Part shown: one piece after another, positions 56,613-64,000 of the stretch
Numbering within the stretch: the stretch's first letter is position 1
Layout of the letters: each line of letters begins with the position of its first letter
Source: the human T2T-CHM13v2.0 reference genome, Homo sapiens
DNA: 64,000 nucleotides
Assembly: GCF_009914755.1 (NCBI RefSeq)
Contig: NC_060935.1
Direction: 5' to 3' (one strand)
The notes under the pieces: model-generated
Told to the model about the DNA's origin: nothing
The model's database searches: none
Seen by the model: only the letters and a program-made list of their open reading frames with translations
Made by a program: the position numbers and the translations under genes

Positions 56613-58810
56613 TCAGAGGAGCCTTCAAGGCTACAGGAATCCTTAATTTTTTTTGCAGGTATCTGAGTTGAAAGAACCAGGCCTATTTAAGGAGGTGGAA
56701 AAAATCCAAAAAAGCTTTGATTCAGAATGGGGATGACAGTGTATGGCAAGAATTATGCAGATTAACTTTAGCTTCATACCTTTCTACTTATCTGTTTAAA
56801 TCTTGATTTTAAATTCTTCCTTGAGCATAGTAACGTATAAACTCCTACATATTTCAGATTAGTCTATTTTCATTAAATAAAATGTCTATGAAGTTTCCCC
56901 CTCTAAAGAAAGAAAAGCCTAGCATTTCAACCTATATTCTTGAGGCAGGGTGGGGAGGGATACAAAAACTTAATTATAATGCAAAGCAGATTTTATATAT
57001 TTTGAAAATTTTAAGAATTTTGCTATGAGAGACTAGATAGAAACTGACAGGAGAGTTCTGGGAAGACTACAGAGGACTGATACTTGATTTAGGCCTCAAA
57101 GTGTTTGAACAATCATGGGACAGAAGAAAATCCAAGTGAGAGAAATAATATAAGGTAAAATATATGAGAACACAAATGTGTGTACTGTGTGCCATGAATA
57201 CCAGGAACAATCTCCCTCCTCTTGGTTTTGATCCCCAAATTCCTGGGATACAGTAAATTGGGAAAGAAAAAGGCCAAATTTCAGCAGATTTTATTTTTAT
57301 TTATTTATTTTGATTTTTTTCTGTTCTTTGGTGAAGTTTTCAAATATTGTAGCTCATAAAACTTTCTTGTCGTCTTTTCATTGCTTTAACAGAATTTTTT
57401 TTTTATTTCAATAGCTTTAAGGGTACAAGTGGATTTTGGTTACTTGGATGAATTTCAGTGTGGTGAAGCCTGAGATTTTAGTTCACCCTCTAACTGAGTA
57501 GTGTACGTTGTACCCAACATGTAGATTTTTATCCCTCACCCCATCCCACCTCCCCTGCTTCCAAGTTTCCAGTGTCCATTATACCACTCTGTCTGCCTTT
57601 GCATACCCATAGCTTAGCTCCCACTTCCAAGTGAGAACATGCAGTGTTAGGTTTTCCATTCCTGAGTTACTTCACTTAGAATAATGGCCTCCAGTTCCAC
57701 CCAAGTGGCTGCAAAATATATTATTTCATTCTTTTTATGGCTGAGTAGTATTCCATGGTATGTGTGTGTGTGTGTATGTATGTATGCATGTGTGTATATA
57801 TATATATAACTTTTTTATCCACTTTTCAATTGATGGGCCCTTATGTTGGTTCCGTATCTTTGCAATTGTGAATTATGCTGTGATAAACATATACATGCAA
57901 GTGTCTTTCTGATATAATGACTTCTTTTCTTTGGGGTAGATACTCAGTAGTGGGATTGCTGGATCAAATGTAGCTCTACATTTAGTTCTTTGAGACGTCT
58001 CCATACTGTTTTCCATAGAGGTTATACTGGTTTGCATTCCCACCAACAGTGTATAAGCATTGCCTTTTCACCACATCCGTGCCAGCATCTATTGTTTTTT
58101 GACTTTTTAATAATGACCATTCTGGCCAGGGTAAGGTAGTATCCTTTTCCATAGAGGCTGTACTGGTTTGGATTCCCACCAACAGTGTATAAGCATTCCC
58201 TTTTCACTACATCCATGCCAACATCTATTGTTCTTTGACTTTTTAATAATGACCATTCTGGCTGGGGTAAGGTGGTATCCCATTGTGGTTTTAATTTGCA
58301 TTTCCCTGATAATTAGGGATGTTGAGTATTTTTTCATACATTTGTTGGCCATTTCTGTATCTTCTCTTGAGAAATGTGTATTCATGTCATTTGCTCACTT
58401 CTTAATGGGATTATTGGTTTTTTTTTCTTGCTGGTTTCTGTGAGTTCCTTGTAGATTCTAGATATTTGTCCTTTATCTGATGTATATTTTGCAAATATTT
58501 TCTCCCATTCTGTGAGTTGTCTGTTTGCTCTGATGAATATTTCATTTGCTATGCAGAAGCTTTTTAGTTTAATTAAGTCTCACTTATTTATTTTTGTTTT
58601 TGTTGCATTTGCTTTTGGGGTCTTAGTCATGAATCTTTGCCTCGGTCAGTGTCCAGAAGAGTTTTTCCTAAGTTTTCGTCTAGAATTTTTATGGTTTCAG
58701 GTCTTAAATTTATGTCTTTAATACATCTTGAGTTGATTTTTCTTAAATGATGAGAGATAGGGATCCAGTTTCATTCTTCTACATAGGGCTATCCAGTTTT
58801 CCTCACACCA

Positions 58811-59347
58811 TTTTTTTTTATTATACTGTAAGCTCTAGGGTACATGTGCACAACGTGCAGGTTTGTTACATATGTATACATGTGCCATGTTGGTGTGCTG
58901 CACCCATTAACTCATCATTTACATTAGGTATATCTCCTAATGCTTTCCCTTGACCCTTCCCCCACCCCACAACAGGCCCTGGTGTGTGATGTTCCCCTTC
59001 CTGTGTCCAAGTGTTCTCATTGTTCAGTTCCCACCTATGAGTGAGAACATGTGATGTTTGGTTTTTTGTTCTTGCGCTAGTTTGCTGAGAATGATGGTTT
59101 CCAGCTTCATCCGTGTCCCTACAAATACCATTCAGGACATAGGCATGGGCAAGAACTTCATGTCTAAAACACCAAAAACAATGGCAACAAAAGCCAAAAT
59201 TGACAAATGGGATCTACTTAAACTAAGGAGCTTCTGCACAGCAAAAGAAACTACCATCCAGAGTGAACAGGCAACCTGTAGAAGGGGAGAAAATTTTTGC
59301 AGTCTACTCATCTGACAAAGGGCTAATATCCAGAATCTACAAAGAAC
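58811..59347 (-). mobile_element. Short 5'-inverted (twin-primed) L1PA insertion
   Basis: Antisense 3' end 58811-59125 fused to sense ORF2 piece 59126-59347; TSD tcctcacaccatt / tccccacaccatt. Confidence 0.9.
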
Positions 59348-62300
59348 TCCCCACACCATTAAATAAGGTGTCCTTTTGCCAATTTATGTTTTTGTATGCT
59401 TTGTCAAAGATCAGTTGATTGTAAGTATTTGGCTTTATTTCTGAGTTCTCTATTCTCTTCCATTGGTCTATATATCTACTTTTATACCAGTGTCATGCTG
59501 CTTTGCTTACTATAACCTTGTAGAATTTGATGTTGAGTAATGTGATGCCTCTAGATTTGTTCTTTTTGCTTAGGATTGCTTTGGCTGTTTTTTTGGTTCC
59601 ATATGAATTTTATGATTGCTTGTTCTAATTCTGTGAAAGATAATGTTAGTATTTTAATAGGAACTGCATTGAATCTGTGTATTGCTTTGGGCAGTATGGT
59701 CATTATCATAATATTGATTCTTCCAGGCCATGAGCATGAGGTGTATTTCCATTTGTTTGTGTCATCTATGATATCTTTCAGCAGTGTTTTGTAGTTCTCC
59801 TTGTAGAGATCTTTCCTCTTCTTTGTTAAGTAAATTCCTAGGTGATTTATTTTTCTGCAGCTACTGTAAAAGGGATTGAGTTCTTGATTTTATTCTCAGC
59901 TTGGACACTATTGGTGTAAAGCAGTGTACATTGTGTTTGGAACTTGAGACTTTACTAAATTCATTTATCAAATCTAGGAGTCTTTTGGAGAAGTCTTTGG
60001 GGTTTCCTAGGTATATTATCGCATCATCAGCAAACAGAGATAGTTTGACTCCTTTTTTTCCAATTTGGGTACCCTTTATTTATTTATTATTTCTCTTGCT
60101 TGAGTGCTCTGGCTAGGACTTCCGATGCTGTGTTGAATAGAAGTGATGAAAGTGGACATCTTTGTCTCGTTCCAATTCTTAGGGGGAATGCTTCAACATG
60201 AATGTTGGCTTTGGGTTTGTTATATATGGCTTTTATTATTTTGAGGTATGTTTCCTCTGTGCTTAGTTTGTTGAGGTTTATGTCATAAAGGGATGCTGGA
60301 TTTTATTGATTGCTTTATCTGCATCTATTGAGATAATCATATGGCTATTGCTTTAATTCTGTTTGTGTGATGAACCACATTTTTTGACTTGCATATGTTG
60401 AGCCATTGATTCATCCCTGGGATGAATACCACTTGATCATGATGAATTATCTTTTTGATGTGCTGTTGGATTCAGTTTGCTAGTATTTTGTTGAATTTTT
60501 TTTTTATCTGTTCATCAGAGATATTGGTCTGTAATTTTCCTTTTTGTTATGTCTTTTCCTGGCTTTGGTTTCAGGGTGATACTGTCTTCATATGATATAG
60601 GGAGGATTCCCTCTTTCTCAATCTTTTGCAATAGTTTCAGTAGGATTGTTACCAGTTCTCTGAATGTCTCGTAAAATTTGGCTGTGAATCCATCTGGCCC
60701 TGGACTTTTTTTTTTTTTTTTTTTTGACAAATTTTGTATTACTGATTCAATCTCACTGCTTATGATTGGCTTATTCAGGATTTTTATGTCTTCATGATTC
60801 AATCTAGGAGGGTTGTGTGTTTCAAGAAATGTATTCATTTTCTCTAGATTTTCTAGTTTGTTTGCAAAGAGGTGTTCTTCGTAGTCTTGAAGGATATTTT
60901 TTATTTCTTTGGGGTTGGTTGTAACATCTCCATTTTCATTTCTAATTTAGCTTATTTGGATCTTCTCTCTTCTTTTCTTGGTTAAACTAGCTAATAGTCA
61001 AACAGTGACATATTCCCTTAGCATTTGCTTGTCTGAGAAACAGTTTATTTTTCCTTCATTTATGAAACTTAGCTTTACTGGATACAAAATTGTTGGCTGA
61101 TAGTTATTCTGTTTAAGGAGGCTAAAATAGGACCATAGCCCTTTCTGGCTTATAAGGTTTCTGCTGAGAAGTCTGCTGTTAGTCTAAAAGGTTTTACCTT
61201 GTAGGTTACCTGATGCTTTTTTCACACTGCTCTTGGAATTCTTTTCTTCACATTGATTTTAGATAGCCTGATGACTTTAGCTCTTGGTGTTGGCCTTTTT
61301 GCAATGCATTTCCCAGGAGTTGTTTGAGGTTTTTGTATTTGAATATCTAAATTGCTGGCAAAGCCAGGGAAGTTTTCCTTAATTATTCCCTCAAATAAAT
61401 AAGTTTTCAAAACTTTTTGCTTTTTCTTCCCACTCAGGAGCATCAATAATTCTTAGGTTGGCCCTTTTACATAATCCCATGTTTCTTAGAGATTTTATTC
61501 GTTTCTTTTCATTCTTTTTTTTTTTATTTTTGTGTGATTGGGTTAATTCAAAAACCTTGTTTTCAAGTTCTGGAATTCTTTATTCCACATGGTCTAGTCT
61601 AATGTTAAAACTTTTCCCTGCATTTCGTAATTCCCTAAATGTGTCTTTTGTTTCCAGAGTTCTGATTTTTTTTTTCTTTAAAATATCAATCTGTTTAGGA
61701 AATCTTTCATTCATAACCTGATTTTCTTTTACATTTTATTGTGTTGTTTTTCACCTTTTTCTTGTATTTCCTTGAGGAACTTAATAATCAACCTCTTGAA
61801 CTCTTTATCTGGTATTTTAAAGATTTCATCTTAGTTTGGATCCATCGCTGGAGAGTCAGTGGAATCTTTGTGGTGTTATAGAATCATGTTTTTACATATT
61901 GCTAGAGTTGTTTTTCTGATTTCTTCTCATTTGGGTAGACCATTTCTTCTAATTACTTCTTGAATTTATTTTTTATTCAAATGTGGTTTTTCAATTTCTG
62001 TTTTTCCCTCTTGAGGATATGACTGTAATGTTTATAGTTTATTTTAGCCTATTTCAGCTCTTGGTGTTTTCAGTGATGAAGAATCTGTGTGAAACATCTG
62101 TATGAACTCCTTGGTGTGATGGCCTTCTCAGATGCTGGTTATAGTAGCAATGTGCTCAGTGTGTGAGCAGGTTTACTGTCTCCTATGGGGCCAGAATGAC
62201 AAAGATGTCACAAAGCTTATTTTGTTCCCCAGTGGTGTACATTAATTCATTAATTAATTTATTTATTTTCCCAGTATTTTATTCACTGGGTTGAACAGTT

Positions 62301-62765
62301 CAGGCTTCAGGCCAGTAGGAGGTGTTCATGGGTAAAAACAGGCTGCAGCTAAAGCAGGTGTGGAATGCAATATCCAGTGATGGGCAGAGGTCCTAACCTT
62401 GACAGAGGCAGCTGGAGAAGCTTTCAGTGAAATGCACTAAGGTCTTTTCAGGGTGAAGGGAGGAGCCACTGTAGTTCCCCAACCAGGCCAGCAGGAAAGT
62501 GATCCAACTCCCAGTCACACTCCTGACCCAGTGTTCTAGCTATTCAGATGAGACAGGCATCCCTTTTCTTCTGTAGGAATGGTGATGTTACATGTAGAAA
62601 AGGACTATGACTCTATCCCTCATGTAAGTCTGCACCTGGAGGGCACTCCTCCTGTGGGGATGCAGTCACCCGAAAGTGTTCCAGGAAGCCTCTCTACATG
62701 TGTACCCATGCCAAGCTCTTGTGGGAGAAGCCACAGCTATGTTTGCAGTGATGGGCAAGAGGAAG

Positions 62766-63137
62766 TGTATTAGTCTGTTTTCAAACTGCTGAGGAAGACA
62801 TACCCAAGACTGGGCAATTTATAAAGAAAAGAGGTTTAGTTGATTCACAGTTCCACGTGGCTGGGGAGGCCTCACATTCATGGCGGAACATGAAGGAAGA
62901 GCAAAGGGATGTCTTACACAGTGGCCAGCAAAGAGAGAATGAGAGCCAAGTGAAAGGGGTTTCCGCTTATAAAACCATCAGATCTTGTGATACTTAGTCA
63001 CTACCACGAGAACATAATGGGGGAAACTGCTCCCATGATTCAGTTATCTCCCACTGGGTTCCTCCCACAACATGTGGGAATTATGGGAGCTACAATTCAA
63101 GATAAGATTTGGGTGGGGACACAACCAAACCATATCA
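62766..63137 (-). mobile_element. THE1 solo LTR in the L1 5' UTR
   Basis: tgtattagtc...aaaccatatca; perfect TSD ggaag at 62761-62765 and 63138-63142. Confidence 0.93.
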
Positions 63138-64000
63138 GGAAGAAAAAGTCTTCTTCCCCAGGTTCCTTCATGAGCACCAGGGCTAGCTGACAGTTGGAGT
63201 AGAGGCACAAACTTTCTCCACTGAGCCCCACACTGCACCTGTTGTGCCTTTGCTGAAATAAACTCCCCACAAATAGACAGTTTTGGGACTCAAGGCCTGC
63301 AGTCTGGATTCTTTGGTCTCACAGGGTGCTCCCTTGATGTGGTATATTCCCACTTCCCCTAGGAGGAGGGATCCCTGAGGGCCAAACTACTGTGAATCCT
63401 GCTGCTGCTCTTCTGATTCTAGCCACCCAGTGGGGCTGCCATTCTCCAGGATGGTGCTGGGGAATGTCTGGAAGGGATCCAGTGATAGGACCTGTTCTCT
63501 AATCTCACAGTAGTGGGTACCAGCAGAAGTTCTGATGGGGGTGGCAGGGGAGTGATGTAGACTCTGTGAGATTTTCTTGGTTGTGAGATTTTCTTGGTTA
63601 TAAATGGCCTTAATGTGTTGCTATTCTCAAATGCCAGCTGTAGTAGTAATATGCTGGTCACGTGAATAGACTCAAGACCTCCTGGTTAGCCAGAGTGATG
63701 CCCACAATGGTGCTAACTGAGGTCATCCAAAAGTTTTCTCCTTCAGGGGAGCTGTGTTTTTGTGCCAACAGATGCTGTAATGGACTGTGTCAGTTGGCCT
63801 CCAGCCAGGAGGCGGTGCTTGCAAAAGAGTGTCAGCTGCAGTGATAGTGATGGGATTTGTGCTCCTCTTATGTTACCCAGGGTAGGTACTCTGGTGTCTC
63901 AGGCAATGGGCAGAGTCATAGGACTTCCCAAAGTCCCTGCCCTTTGTGTTAAGATACTAGGGTAGATGGAGGTGCAAAGCCAGGTGGTGGCTGGATCAAT

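Larger units (their letters stand above)
57395..64000 (-). mobile_element. L1PB-like element with internal duplication, deletion and nested insertions; 5' UTR runs off the window
   Basis: L1PB-type 3' UTR at 57395-57750; ORF2 remnants (58107-58385, 60515-60838 with SPGPDGFT); ORF1 remnant 61222-61446. Confidence 0.85.

Overview
Primate (human-like) genomic DNA, AT-rich and dominated by interspersed repeats. The only supportable protein-coding gene is intronless FANCF (minus strand, ATG at 54566, stop at 53442, 374 aa). It sits in a CpG island with a CCAAT/ETS/E2F-type promoter that has no TATA box I could see. From recalled annotation this is human 11p14, where GAS2 lies head-to-head on the plus strand; no GAS2 coding exon is visible here. 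The rest is transposon relics (Alu, L1PA/PB/MA/MC/ME, L2, MIR, THE1/MST/MLT, hAT DNA elements), microsatellites and unique AT-rich DNA. Nearly all other track ORFs are broken L1 ORF1/ORF2 pieces, Alu read-throughs or chance ORFs. I found no convincing previously undescribed biological system. The most notable observations are structural: a twin-primed inverted L1 nested in an older L1, a full-length old L1 retaining its target-site duplication, a deletion-truncated THE1 with a templated hairpin insertion, a diverged ~270-bp non-repeat duplication, direct Alus bracketing FANCF, and a FANCF start-codon arrangement that could allow leaky scanning or re-initiation. Subfamily names were assigned by eye and boundaries of old repeats are approximate.
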